Shown: positions 38,048 to 49,779 of the stretch, piece by piece
Position numbering within the stretch: the stretch's first letter is position 1
Layout: each line of letters starts with the position of its first letter
NCBI GenBank assembly: GCA_028534125.1
Contig: CM052816.1
Location: 11,410,001 to 11,474,000, forward strand
Direction of reading: 5' to 3'
From: Lama glama
Lineage: Eukaryota
DNA: 64,000 nucleotides
Notes under the pieces: generated by a model
What the model was told of the DNA's origin: nothing
Databases searched by the model: none
Seen by the model: the letters and a program-made list of their open reading frames with translations, nothing else
Program-made: the position numbers and the translations under genes

Positions 38048-39169
38048 GTTCAAGTGCCCAAATCCTCCTGGGATAGTGCTTGGTACAAAGCAGGCATGTG
38101 CCCTCAAACATGGTCACTTAGAATCTCCTTTGATGTTTGATATATAGACACCGAGAAGAGAGTCTTTCTTTTGCATCATGAGCCTTGAGGTGGTAAGCCC
38201 TGGATTAACAGTGTTGACATTTCCCAGCCAGGAGATACACCTTCCTAAATACAACTGGAGAAGGCAGGAGAACTAGGAATCTCGTGAGATAAACAGACAA
38301 CCAGATAGGCAGAAACTTGACAATGAAATGAGAATGCCTGCGTCCAGCTGTGACTGAAGGATGCACAGTTAAAATGAGATTATATCCCCACTAATTTACT
38401 GTTTACTACTTAAACTGCTTGGAGTTCTTTTCTGATGCTTGAAACTGCAGAAGTCCTGATTAATACATATTAAAAAACCAGAAACAACAAAACTGCATAA
38501 CAGTGAAATATCCCAATAACAGAATTCAGAAGCAACAGGAGGTCCAGCTTCCAGTGAGCTCAGAGCTTATTTCCAATTTGAAAACAAAGAAGGAGGCATG
38601 TGTATTGATAACCAGGGAAGAGAAAAGGAGTCCACATGGGGCAGAATCCCCACAGTGATGCTGATGAGGGGAAAGCCTGGCTGGGGTGAGCATTTGACCT
38701 GCCCCTGGGTAATGAGCTATTTGCTACACACCAATGACACTTCCTACTTGTTCAGAAAGAGGCTGGCGTGGTTCCCTACTCCTGGCATCAGGTGGGGCCA
38801 AAACCAACATGCCGAGCTAACTGCTCACCGCCCTGAGCTGGTCATGAGCTGGCCCATCACGGGAGAGTGGAGCCAAGAGAAGACATCCTGGCCTTTGGCT
38901 CCAGGTATCATTCATTAGGCTATGAATTCTCAGCTTGAGAACTTAGGATTTGTGTCTGAAACACCTCTGTTTGTGCTGTCTCTGAGCCCTGGGTCCAAGC
39001 AGGTGTTTAGTAGATGCTCAGTGAATGAATGAATTTGTGAATGAATCAAGAAACATCCAGGAGGAAAAGAGTACACCTACAGTTAGTAAATATGACTGAT
39101 ATTAATTATTTGAAAGCCAATCTACTGGCATGAACTAGAAAATGAAAAAGGAGAGTTTGGGTCCTATTT

Positions 39170-39380
39170 TCCAAATTGCCCTGAATTTTAGCAATTTGGT
39201 GTTAACGATGTACTCAAAAAGGGTTCTATACTCAAATAGCTTAAGAATCACTGAGTTAAATGAAGTCATCTAGGTTTCTTTGCTGACCGGCTTCTCCAAA
39301 GCTTTACTCTGCTAATGTGACTTTGTATTTGCACATGGACCTCTTGGTAGGATTAGCAGAACAGGACACTGGGAATGCTG
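39170..39380. mobile_element. Old hAT MITE, MER103-like
   Basis: gggttctatactcaaatag...gtttctttgctg...cttctccaaagctttactctgctaatgtg...gggaatgctg. Confidence 0.5.
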
Positions 39381-39959
39381 AGTGAGGTGCTTGTGACTTC
39401 CCTGTGATTTCACTCTACTGGTGAGAAAAAGGGTCAGCTCACTGTCCTAGTAACTTCCTACTCTCTGCTTGGCCACCTGAGCCTCCCTCCTTCATGGTGA
39501 CGATCCTTCTGGAGCAGATTTGTTGGGGGCAAGTGAGTGTATGTTAGAAAGTGCTGGCTGGCCCTTGTGCACATGTTTCTCTGAGGAGAGAGAGCCCCAC
39601 CCACAGTGCTCACTCAGCAGGATCAGATATGTCTGGCCTTGACAAATCCCAGACCATCTGCCACCTGGGGGCTTGAGATCACCAGAAAGTTCAAGGTGCT
39701 GTGATCTCCTTAAGTGGAAGTCCCTACATCTGGGCACTGAAAACTGAAGCTGGGTTTATGAGACATACTCTGTGAGTTTCTTTCCTTCATAGAGAGTTTT
39801 ACTTGTTCAGCAGAGGTACTAGGGTGGAATAGAACACAGAATAGAGGCAAGTAAGGTGTTGATTTGTATTTTAGCTTTTGTAACCTTGGCCAAATCACTT
39901 AGCCTTCCTGATTCTTAGTTTGGATCATCTACAAATCGGGGCTAATATTAATACTTCTT

Positions 39960-40545
39960 TGTGCAGTAAACTCAGCAACTCTGTGATACCCAAACCCTGT
40001 GGATACCAGTGGAAGTTTTAGCCCTGGGCCTGGGACATAACCTCCAAGCCACTGGAATATCTCGCCTGACCAGAGAGGCTTTGTTTACGTGGAGCCTTGG
40101 GACACAGCAGACAGTGTAAGCAAATAATGTGACTTACGGTGAGGAGCTTGGGCCAGGCTGTCGAACTTTGACTTCTGGAGGGGATGGAGACTAAGGCCAA
40201 TGGCATGGGAAGTCAGTCATGTGTCTCTGACTGGCCCCTGATAAAAACCCTGGACATCAAGTCTTGGGTGAGCTTCCTTGGTGGGCAGCTTTCATGTGCG
40301 TTGTCAGGCACCATCGCTGGGAGAGATAAGTGCTCTCTGCCCAGCTGGTCTGGGAGAGGACAACCAACAGCCGGGCCAGGCCTCCCCTGGATTCTACCCT
40401 GTGTGCTTTTTTCTGTTTCTGACTTGAATCTGCATCCTTTCACTGTAATAAACTGTGACTGTGAGTATAGGAGCTCTGCTGAGTGCTGTGAGCCCTTCTA
40501 GTGAATCACTGAATCTGAGGCAGGTCTTAGGGACCTCTGAACACA
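39960..40545 (+). mobile_element. ERVL-type solo LTR (MER21/MER77-like) inserted in a MIR
   Basis: tgtgcagtaaa...ataaaaaccctggac...gtaataaactgtgactgtgagtat...ctagtgaatcactgaatctgagg...aacaca; MIR halves at 39860-39959 and 40550-40630. Confidence 0.75.
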
Positions 40546-40751
40546 CTCCTCATGCATTTGTTGAGAGGACTAATGAGATAAATTACACAGAACACTTAGT
40601 AACATTCTTAGCAAATGATAAATATTAAATAAAGAAGGATGCTTAGAGATTTGGCCCAGAGGAGGAGAGGGGAGTCATGAGCTTGCTGTTAGATCTTCAG
40701 GACTGACTTTTCCAGCCCTACTTGTTACTTACTCTTTCTTTCAATAAGTAT

Positions 40752-40919
40752 TTCTTTCTTTCTTTCTTTTAAAATATTTTTAATGATCTTTTCTCTTTTT
40801 TATTTATGGGGGAAGGTAATTGGTTTATTTATTGATATTTGGAGGAGGTACTGGGGATTGAACCCAGGACCTTGTGCATGCTAAGCATGCACTCTACCAC
40901 TTGAGCTATGCCCTCCCCC
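40752..40919 (-). mobile_element. tRNA-derived SINE (Vic-1-like)
   Basis: gaggtactggggattgaacccaggaccttgtgcatgctaagcatgcactctaccacttgagctatgccctcccc with T-rich tail upstream. Confidence 0.9.
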
Positions 40920-41188
40920 TCAGTAGTTCTGAGTGCCACTTGTGCCAGGCATTGACTGGGGAAACAAAGATCAAACTTATAAACAAGGATATATTTAATC
41001 ACAAGTTGAAGTCACTGTTACAGAAGAAAAGAATAGGGAGGTAACAGACACTGAGAGACGGAAGGAGATCCAGTGGAAGGAAGGTTCTTATTATGTCTGT
41101 ATATATTCTATATCTGTATCTAAAATTCTGTTCTGCTCTGTGACTTTTGTCATGTATCTCTCTCCTCCTTCTCTCCCCTCAGTCTTTT

Positions 41189-41331
41189 TATTTATTTATT
41201 ATTATTATTTTTAATTGAAGTCTAGTCAGTTACAATGTGTCAATCTCTGGTGCACAGCACAATGTCCCAGTCATGGGACATATATATATACATATATTCA
41301 TTTTCATATTCTTTTTCATTAAAGGTTATTA
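41189..41331 (-). mobile_element. 5'-truncated young L1 3' end
   Basis: Perfect 16-bp TSD ctcccctcagtctttt at 41173-41188 and 41332-41347; aattgaagtctagtcagttacaatg terminus. Confidence 0.9.
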
Positions 41332-43778
41332 CTCCCCTCAGTCTTTTGTCTCAGACCTCTCATCGTCTAGTCTTAGGTAGAGAGCTGGGACAGCACAGCT
41401 CTCCGTTTTCCTTCTTTTTCTATCTCCTGCTTCTTTGAGTCAGTGGGCAGGGCATTCCTTCCTCCCTCCCAGAATCCAGTACAATCAGGCACCTGGAATA
41501 TGCCAGCCTTCTTTCCTCTGGCCACCTCCCCCGCCCACCTCCTTTTTGAATTATCCGGGGTCCTATAGCAGGAAAAAGGTGAAAGAAGCAGGAGTTCATA
41601 CCAGGGGGCAGAGAAAGAACCACTCATAACCAACAGCCCCTTTCCAGGGTTGCCACCAGCATGTTTTCATTTTTTCTCCCAAACATTTCCCTGAGATTGC
41701 TTTGAGGTGATTTCATTCCCCCGTCAAAGAAGGGAATCCCAGACGCGATCATGGCCATGTCCCTGGCTCCTGACATAAGCCGGCTTTTAATACATAGCTT
41801 GGGATTGCTTTTGAGATGGGGTGGGTCCCATGTCCTGGAGATGTCCAACGGGAGAGCACTGAATTCTCCAGGGAGCATTTCGGTTGCCATCTCTTCTTCC
41901 AGGAAAGCACAGGGCCCCTGTGAAGAAGGGCTGGACGTGCGTGGGAGCCTGAAGGACAAAGGGAGGAACTGTCTCACTCATCCTGGGAGGCAATTCTGCT
42001 CCCTGCCATTTGCTCCATTCCGAGAGCAAACTTTTCTTATAGGTGTGGCACTTGGTGGGTGAGTCGCTTTCCATATGGCTGGAGAAACTGAGCCAAACCC
42101 ACCATGCAGAGGGAGGAAAGCTGAGTCACATGACTCTCCCACCACCACCACCTCTCCTGACTCAGGGGAAAAAAAAGCTCTGGTCGCATGCACACTGGCT
42201 TTCTCCCCGAAGTTGTTTCTCCCGTTTGCCTCCACGTGGCGATTTCTGGAGCTGGAGGAAGGACTAGTGACAACGTGACCCAGGCAAACAGCAGAACATT
42301 TCTGACAATGCGGCCATCTGGTCTGGGGACCGGAGGTGGCCCCTTGGTGTGACACCCAGGTTACAAACTTGAATCCTTGCATGAGGGCACAGAACCTCTC
42401 TGGGCCACAGTTTCCTCAAAGAAGGTGAATGTGACCATTCTTTACAACTCTAAAGATAACAGGACATTAAGGTGAATGATCAAAGCTTCAGGAGTACCTT
42501 TAGAATATGCCAGAAATAAAGGTGATGGATGAGATGAAACCAAACTGGCAAAACGCTGGTAACTGTTGAAATCTGAGTCATGAGTAGAAGGCAGTTTGCT
42601 CCACTGCTCTCTCTGCTCCTGTGTACACGGTCCTCCTCAGAATGACTGGCAAGTAAAGGCACCACCGCAGGCCAGGCTGAGGAGTGAAAGGGACGTGAGT
42701 GCCCCAGACCTGCAGGGACAGGAACTCTGAAGAGGAGAGTGGAAGAGGCTGGTCTTGTCTTCTGCTGTCGAAAAGTTACATCTGGATTTCAAATGCTTTA
42801 CTTCTTAATTAGGCTCCCTCCTCTCAGACTTGCATGTTTGTGTTTGTGTACATATTTATACTTATTTGCGCCTTAATTTGGTGACATCAGAAGAAAAAGT
42901 CTGCTTGACCCTTGTTGAAAGCAGCAAGCCCTGGGAAGTTAGAGTTCTTCCCTCTCAGTTCAGCTGCCCTTGAAACCAGGACTGTCACCACCAGGACCTC
43001 CCACAAATCTGAAGTTGCGTCTGCCTCTTGGAAATCAAAACTTAGCGCATTCCTCTACTTTACACTGAATGCAACAGACGTGACCTTAGAGAAGATGTGC
43101 CCTGCCTGCCTTCAAAGCTGGACCCCATGTTAGAAGCAAGTGGCTGAACATCAGAGAGACCGTAAAGACCCACATGCCATCTGTCACACTGGGCACAGGA
43201 TCTTCTCAGTGGAAAGCCTGAATTTAGAGAAACCCTCTGAAGGTCCCTGAGAAATGGAGAATGTTTTCAAGGATTGAGCACAGAAGCATTCCAGCAGCTC
43301 TTTGCAATCATATGCCACACTAAGATAAAGTCAGGAGTCCTCCTAGGAACGTGAGCTATTGCAGAATATGTGGACAGTTCTCTTTCTCCATAACGTCTTA
43401 TCCAGATAGGTGCCAGTATATTTGGCATTGCCTCTGTGTCTTCAGAAAGCCTTTGCTGTCTCTTTCTGCAAGGTGAGTTGGACTTCCTTTTGGGGGGGGC
43501 ATTGCACCCTACACCTCCCCACTTCCCCACCATAGCACTCATCACCTTGTATTGCCATAGCTGGTTTCCTTGTTTGCTTGTCCACCAGGTTTGACCTCCG
43601 CCGAAACAGGGTCTATGACTTGTCCATCTGTATACCACTCACACCTGACAAAGTGACGCCGTCCACTCATTCATTCAACAAAAATGTACTGAGTGCCCAC
43701 AATAAATCAGACACAGTCTCTGCCTTGATGGGACTTACATTCTAGCAGCACCTAGTAAGAACTCAGTGAGTATTTGTT

Positions 43779-43848
43779 GAAGGAAGGAAGGAAGGAAGGA
43801 AGGAAAGAAGGAAGGAAGGAAGGAAGGAAGGAAGGAAGGAAGGGAGGG
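43779..43848. repeat. (GGAA)n microsatellite at an L2 tail
   Basis: Directly visible, following gagtatttgttgaa. Confidence 0.9.
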
Positions 43849-44004
43849 ATATTAAATTGCACCATGCCACTTAAACCCAACTCCAACTTTGATCTTTTGC
43901 CATCTCTGCTCCTGACATAAAATTCCAACAAGCCCAACTAGTTATTTTTCCAGGACTGGGGAGTATCCAGGCATGCTAGCCACAGATAAAAATAGGATTT
44001 TTCA

Positions 44005-44420
44005 GGCAAAGCTACAGAAGCAATAAAAAGATCCTGGCTTCCAGGGGTTTGGGGAGAGGGAGGGGGGATGAATAGATGGAGCACAAGGGATTTGGGGGCA
44101 ATGAAATTATTCCGTATGATACTATAGTGGTGGCTGCATGTCATTACACATTTGTCAAAACCCATAGAAATCTACAACATCAAGAGTAAACCCTAATGTA
44201 AACTATGGACTTTGGTTGATAATAATGTGTCCATGTTAATTCATCAATTGTACCAAATATGTCACACTGATGAGGGATGTTGAGGGTAGGGGAGTATATA
44301 TGTGTGGGTGGGGAGAGCAATGTGTGAACTCTATGTATTTTCTGCTCAATTCTGCTACGAACCTGAAACTGCTCTAAAAAAGGTTTGTTAATAAAAAACA
44401 AAAAGATAAAAAAACAAAAA
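44005..44420 (+). mobile_element. L1MC-type 3' end
   Basis: catttgtcaaaacccatagaa...gagtaaaccctaatgtaaactatggactttgg...acctgaaactgctctaaaaa and A tail. Confidence 0.8.
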
Positions 44421-45382
44421 TGTAGGATTTTTCTAGGTCATCCTTTAAAAAGGCTCCATTACTTAAAACATGCTTTGAGCTGTGTCCGTATCCCTGTTTT
44501 TCAAATGGACACCGGCCTTGGAGACTTCCACTGGGGAAGACTTTTTCTTGCTCACATGTCCTCTTCACCGAGTGTATAATCTCCACTGCAGGAAGCCATG
44601 ATGAGTGACAACAAATGCCAGCTGGCAGCTCCACGAAAGGGAGCAAGGAGGTATCTTTTTCTGCCTATTCAGAACATTGAAATCCAATTTATCGCTGGCT
44701 ACATGAGCCAAAGAAATCAGCTCCCAGCAGCTGTTGACCTGAGAGGCTCCAGTCTCATGTCTGTGACCGGGTGTCGCTGGCACTCCTCCGGTACGTCTGG
44801 GAATGGGTTGGCATGAAAGAGTGGCCCTCCTGTCCTCCTCCTCGAGGGCTGGCTTTGGGTGGGCCTGTTTCAAATGGCAGAAAAAGTGATAGACTCATTC
44901 CTTCAAAACCCTTTTTTGTTGTGGATGGACATTCCTTGATAATTGCTGCCCCAGGGTTCCTCCTCTTCTCATTCCTTTCACCCTCACTTAGGGGTGTGCT
45001 GGTTAACCAGCTCTCCATCAAAGAATAAAAAGGCTCTGACACATAGTATTTGCCGATTTCCATGGTGTAAAAGCTCCTACGTTGGCTACCAGCCTGGTGT
45101 TGCTGCATATGGCATTGGGAAGACACAAGACATGTGCATTACTGCCTTTCGTGGGCCAGCAGGAGCCGAATCCCACACCCCTACACAGCTCCCTGTTTAA
45201 TTCACACTCATTTCACGGCTGAAAAAATTGGTCCAGACAAGCACAGTTGTCTTGCTACAGATAGGATTTTAGGCTACAGTTTGTAAAATACTTTTGCATC
45301 TGTATGTCATTGGACTCTAACCACAGTGTTGCATGGTAAGAATTAATAGGCTTGTTTGGTGGAGGAAGAAATTGAGGCACAG

Positions 45383-45790
45383 TTGGGAGTTTGGGATTGG
45401 CAGATACAGAGTACCATGTGTGGTGGGTAGGGTACAGCTCAGTGGCAGGGCTCATGCCTAGCATGCCCAAGATCCTGGGTTCAATCCCCAGTACCCCCAC
45501 TAAAATAAATAAATAAACTTCATTACCTCCCCCTCAACCAATATATATATATTATATATATATAATAAAATACAATACATATAAAATCTTAAAAAAAACC
45601 CAAAGTACTATGTATGGAATATATAAACAACAAGGTCCTACTGTAGAGCATGGGGAACTATATTCAATGGCTTATACCAAACTGTAATGGAAAAGAATAC
45701 GTATATATACGTATAACTGAGTCACTTTCCTGTACACTAGAAACTAACACAATACTGTAAATCAACTATGCTTCAATTTTAAAAAATGGG
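45383..45790 (+). mobile_element. Young L1 3' end interrupted by a SINE
   Basis: ttgggagtttgggattggcagatac...aaacaacaaggtcctactgtag...atcaactatgcttcaa; TSD aattgaggca(c/t)ag near 45370-45382 and 45796-45808. Confidence 0.8.
45424..45600 (+). mobile_element. tRNA-derived SINE (Vic-1-like) nested in L1
   Basis: agctcagtgg A box and gggttcaatcccc B box; diverged TSD cagagtaccatgtgtgg / caaagtactatgtatgg at 45407-45423 and 45601-45617. Confidence 0.85.
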
Positions 45791-45870
45791 GAAAGAATTG
45801 AGGCATAGGAAGACAGGACTTGCCTGATTCACACAGCTAGGATTTGCTCAGTCCCTACCTCTCCACTCTT

Positions 45871-45905
45871 TTTTTTTTTTAATTGAAGTACAGTCAGTTA
45901 CAATG
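45871..45905 (-). mobile_element. Extremely truncated L1 insertion (25 nt plus A tail)
   Basis: T10-aattgaagtacagtcagttacaatg between perfect 17-bp TSDs cctacctctccactctt at 45854-45870 and 45906-45922. Confidence 0.85.
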
Positions 45906-46904
45906 CCTACCTCTCCACTCTTCACCTGGCCACTCTCAGCACCCAGCGCAGCCCGACTGCACATCTTTTTGTACTACCAATGCTGCACAAACGCTCACGT
46001 CTCAAGTTCTTCCCGAAGGTTCTTTCGGCATTCCACCCTCTTCCTCTCCTGCCCAACTGCTACTTGTCTTTCAGGTCTCAGCTTGAACAGTATGTCCCTG
46101 AGTGTCCATGTCAGGGACAGGGATCTCTTCCTTGTACTTTTATGACACTCGTTAGCACCCGATATTGTCAAATGGCGTTGAAATGACTTGTCTGTAGATC
46201 TGCCTCCTCCCCCAGATGGCAGACTTGGTGAGGACAGAACTTATACCTAGTGCACCGTTCATCCTAGTGCCAAACACAGTATCTGGCCCAATAAGTATTT
46301 TGAGAATGAGTGACCTCATGCATGATGGTCTCCTAACCCTAAATTCACAGAATGCTTTTTTTCCCTATACTGTCTCCTATCAGGACTGCAAAGAATCCAT
46401 TTCCTCATAGATTGGTTGAGATTTTCCCAGGAACCTGGGGAGGTTTTTGCTAGAATGCACAGCCAGCCAGACTGCTCCACCACGGTCGTGGCCCCTCTGG
46501 GCTTTGCAAAGTGTCACAGAAGCAAGCTGAGAAACCTGTTTGGTGTGGTCTGAAATGTGCTCATCACACACATGCCAAGACAAAGACACAGGCAAGCAGA
46601 AAGCTGCAGCCAGAAACACCTGCAGCTCTGGGAAAGGAGGAATGTTCAGGGATAGTCGGGAACCAGCATGTCCTATAATTGCACGGCTAAGCCTGATGGA
46701 TTATCATTGATTCCCTCAATTTCCCTCTGAGGAGGCAGGAAAGGGTCAGGGCTGCTTGCATGTTGGGAGCTGCTGACCTTGAGACGTCAGAGCCTCACAC
46801 ATACCTGTGGCACCCATCACAAACGTCTCACCCTCAGCAAACACAGCTGGCTGCCACTTAAAACAGGCAGGAATATCTGCCATACCTCAATTTAAATATA
46901 TAAT

Positions 46905-46947
46905 ACACACACACGCATGCACGCACGCACGCACGCACGCATGCACA
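46905..46947. repeat. (CA)n/(CACG)n alternating purine-pyrimidine microsatellite
   Basis: Directly visible. Confidence 0.85.
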
Positions 46948-47124
46948 AATAAAAAACCAGGCAGGAGCAGTCTGCCACATATTAGTGACTTTTCTTATAT
47001 TACCTGAGCCTGCCTAGTAACACAGACTTTGGCGACAGACTTTGGCGTGTTCATCTTCACTCTTAAACATAAATGAGGAAAAAAATAATTAAACAGTCTT
47101 AGAGGATCCAATGATGACTCTAGA

Positions 47125-47332
47125 AGCCTTCTGTCCAAAGAACTGTCTGTGATGATGGAAATGTGCTATTCTGTACTGTCTAATACAGTAGCCACCAACC
47201 ACATATGATTACTGGGCACTTGCCATGTGGCTAATGCGACTGAGGAACTGGATTTTAGATTTTATTTTTAATTAATTTCAGTGTAAATAGCCACGTGTGC
47301 CTAGTGGCTATTATATTGGACGGCACAGCTCT
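47125..47332. mobile_element. hAT-Charlie MITE, MER3-like
   Basis: ctgtccaaagaact...gatgatggaaatg...gtagccaccaaccacat...ctagtggctattatattggacggcacag. Confidence 0.8.
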
Positions 47333-47334
47333 AG

Positions 47335-48430
47335 GTCTAATGGTTGTAAGAAATGCAGAGGACTGAGGAACGTATTAAATGACACAACAGGAATGTAATA
47401 AGAAAAATTCAGGAAGTGGGAAACTATAAGACAATGACCCAATTCCACTAATAAATATATTGCAAGGAATAAAAGAAGAGGAAGTGTATGTGTGTGTGTG
47501 TGTGTGTATGTGAAACAGACTAAAAGACATTTAAGAAGCATGTCAACTAAGTGCAATGTGTGGATCTTGGTGGATCCTGATTCAAACAAAACAGTTATTA
47601 AAAAATTATTAAGACAATTGGTGAATCTTGAACACTGATTGGATACTTGATAATATCAAGAATTTAGATGTGATAATGGTATTGAGGCTATGTTAAAAAA
47701 ATAGATCCTTACCTTTTAAAGGTATCTACTGAGTTATTTACAGATAAAAGACGATATATGAGCTTTATCTCAATTTAATCTAGTGCACGGAGAAAGTGAG
47801 GGGGTAGGGATGAAGTAAGATTGTTGGTAACTGGAAGCCAGGTGATGAGTACATAGCAATTCATTATTATTATTATTTTCTCTATTTTTATATCAAGAAC
47901 TTTTCATAATGAAAATTTTCTTAAAAATCATCAGACGAATGCCAATGTTGGTAAGAGTATGGGCAAACAGGCACTTTCCTTCTTGAATGTTGGGAGCTTA
48001 AATTTTCACCTTGAGAAGTCAGTTTGGGTACACTGATCGAGATTTAAACTATTTGATCTTTTTTGATCCAGGAATCCTAGTTTTAGGAATTTCTCCTTCA
48101 GACATGTGCAAGAATTTATGTAAAAGATTGGTGAATGTAGGACCGTTCCTAAGAGTGAAGAACTGGAATTTGCCTAAATGTTCTTCAGTCATGATTTGGT
48201 GAAATAGATGTCGGTATGCAGTTACTGTGGAGTGTTCAGCAGCTTTGGAGAGAATGAGATAGACTGGTAGGGACTGCTATCGGAAAGACATCCATCATAT
48301 ATTCTTAGGCTAAAAAGAAGAGAAAAATTGCAAAAAAAATGTGTAATATGACCCAATAGAAAACTGCATACATGTATGTATATGTGTATCAGTGTATTGT
48401 AGAGAAAGCCTAGAAAAAACATACACCAGA
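47335..48430 (+). mobile_element. Old L1 fragments (L1MC/ME-type)
   Basis: aagtgcaatgtgtggatcttggtggatcctgattcaaac...gtgataatggtattg; tttgatccaggaatcctagttttaggaattt. Confidence 0.6.
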
Positions 48431-48622
48431 CTGGGGAGGGAAGGAGCCTACAGCTGCACTAACGTGAGTCTGAGTTGCTGTGTGATCTGTGGGTGTCCAT
48501 CACTTGTATCAGTGTATTGTAGAGAAAGCCTAGAAAAAACATACACCAGACTGGGGAGGGAAGGAGCCTACAGCTGCACTAACGTGAGTCTGAGTTGCTG
48601 TGTGATCTGTGGGTGTCCATCA
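48385..48622. repeat. Perfect tandem duplication, 2 x 118 bp with 2-nt spacer
   Basis: 48385-48502 identical to 48505-48622. Confidence 0.95.
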
Positions 48623-48688
48623 GCTACAGGTGGTCATCATCTGTCCCACAAATAATGCACAGCTGACTCTCCCATCAGGCAACCTGGC

Positions 48689-49045
48689 TGCTCTGGTCTG
48701 AATGCTTCCCTCCTCCCCAGCATTCATAAATTGAAATCCTAACCCCTAAAGATGATAGTATTAGGAAGTGGGGCCTTAGGGAGGTGCTGAGGTCATGAGG
48801 ATGGAGCTTTCCTGAACAGGATTAGTATTTTTGTGAAAAAGACTCCACAGAGCTCCCTAGCACTTCTACCACGCAAGGCTTGAGTGAGAAGACATCAGCT
48901 CTGAACCAGGAAGAAGGCTGTCACCAGAACAAGACCAGGCTGATGTCTTGATCTTGGACTTCCAGCCTCCAGAACTGGGTGAAATACATTCCTGTTGTTC
49001 ATAAGCCACCTGGTATTTTGTTACAGCAGCTCATATAGACTGATA
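48689..49045 (+). mobile_element. MaLR solo LTR (MLT1A-like)
   Basis: tgctctggtctgaatg...gatcttggacttccagcctccagaact...tttgttacagcagc; 5-bp TSD ctggc at 48684-48688 and 49046-49050. Confidence 0.85.
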
Positions 49046-49505
49046 CTGGCCCTTCCTCTCAGAAGAAAACCAGTGTAGCTTCTGTGACCGAGAAGTTTCA
49101 TTCAGCACAAACTGATAATCCCTCCTTCCAAAGCAGACAAGTATTTGAGAAGTTCATTTCTATTGTGATAACAGCTACCGGTTAGTGAGCATCACCTGTG
49201 CCCAGCACGGCGCTAAGAAGTCAACACACACATCTCTTACCCACAGGCTATGGAGTCAAACTCACATTATCCTACTTGCTAGCTAAGTGACCTTGGATTA
49301 GTTACTTCAGCTGCCTCCTCATATATAAAGTGGAAGGAATAACAGTACCCATCTTATGGTTATGAGAACTCAGGGAGGTAATGCATCTTAAGTGCCTGGC
49401 ACACAGAAGTGCTTTCATTATGTTTTCACTTCAACATTCCAACAACCCTATAAGGTAAATACTAAAGTCATCCATTTGACAGACGAGAAAACTGAGTCTT
49501 AGAGA

Positions 49506-49686
49506 CAGTGGTGTGCTGGCACCAGCTTGCATGGGTTTATGGGGACTAACTATTAAATTTGCATGAATCTTTTTTGAGTTGGTTGACCATCTTGGTAGTT
49601 TGAAATTAGCTGAGATGGCAGTGTTTACACCATGGAAATCAGCAAACACTACACTTTCCAATTAAACATTTACCAGCAAGCTACTG
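49506..49686. mobile_element. MER63-like MITE inserted in a MIR
   Basis: cagtggtgtgctgg...ccagcaagctactg; opposite orientation to 19988-20160. Confidence 0.7.
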
Positions 49687-49779
49687 CTTAAGTAGTAACA
49701 TGTCTAAGCCCCATGGCTGGTGAGTGGCAGAGCCTGGATTTGAACCCTGTTCTGCTCAGCTCTGAAGATCTTAATGTTT

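Noticed and set aside
48392..48655. Cys-rich repeated peptide ORF
   Set aside because: Produced by the 120-bp-period duplication; no ATG start or splice support.
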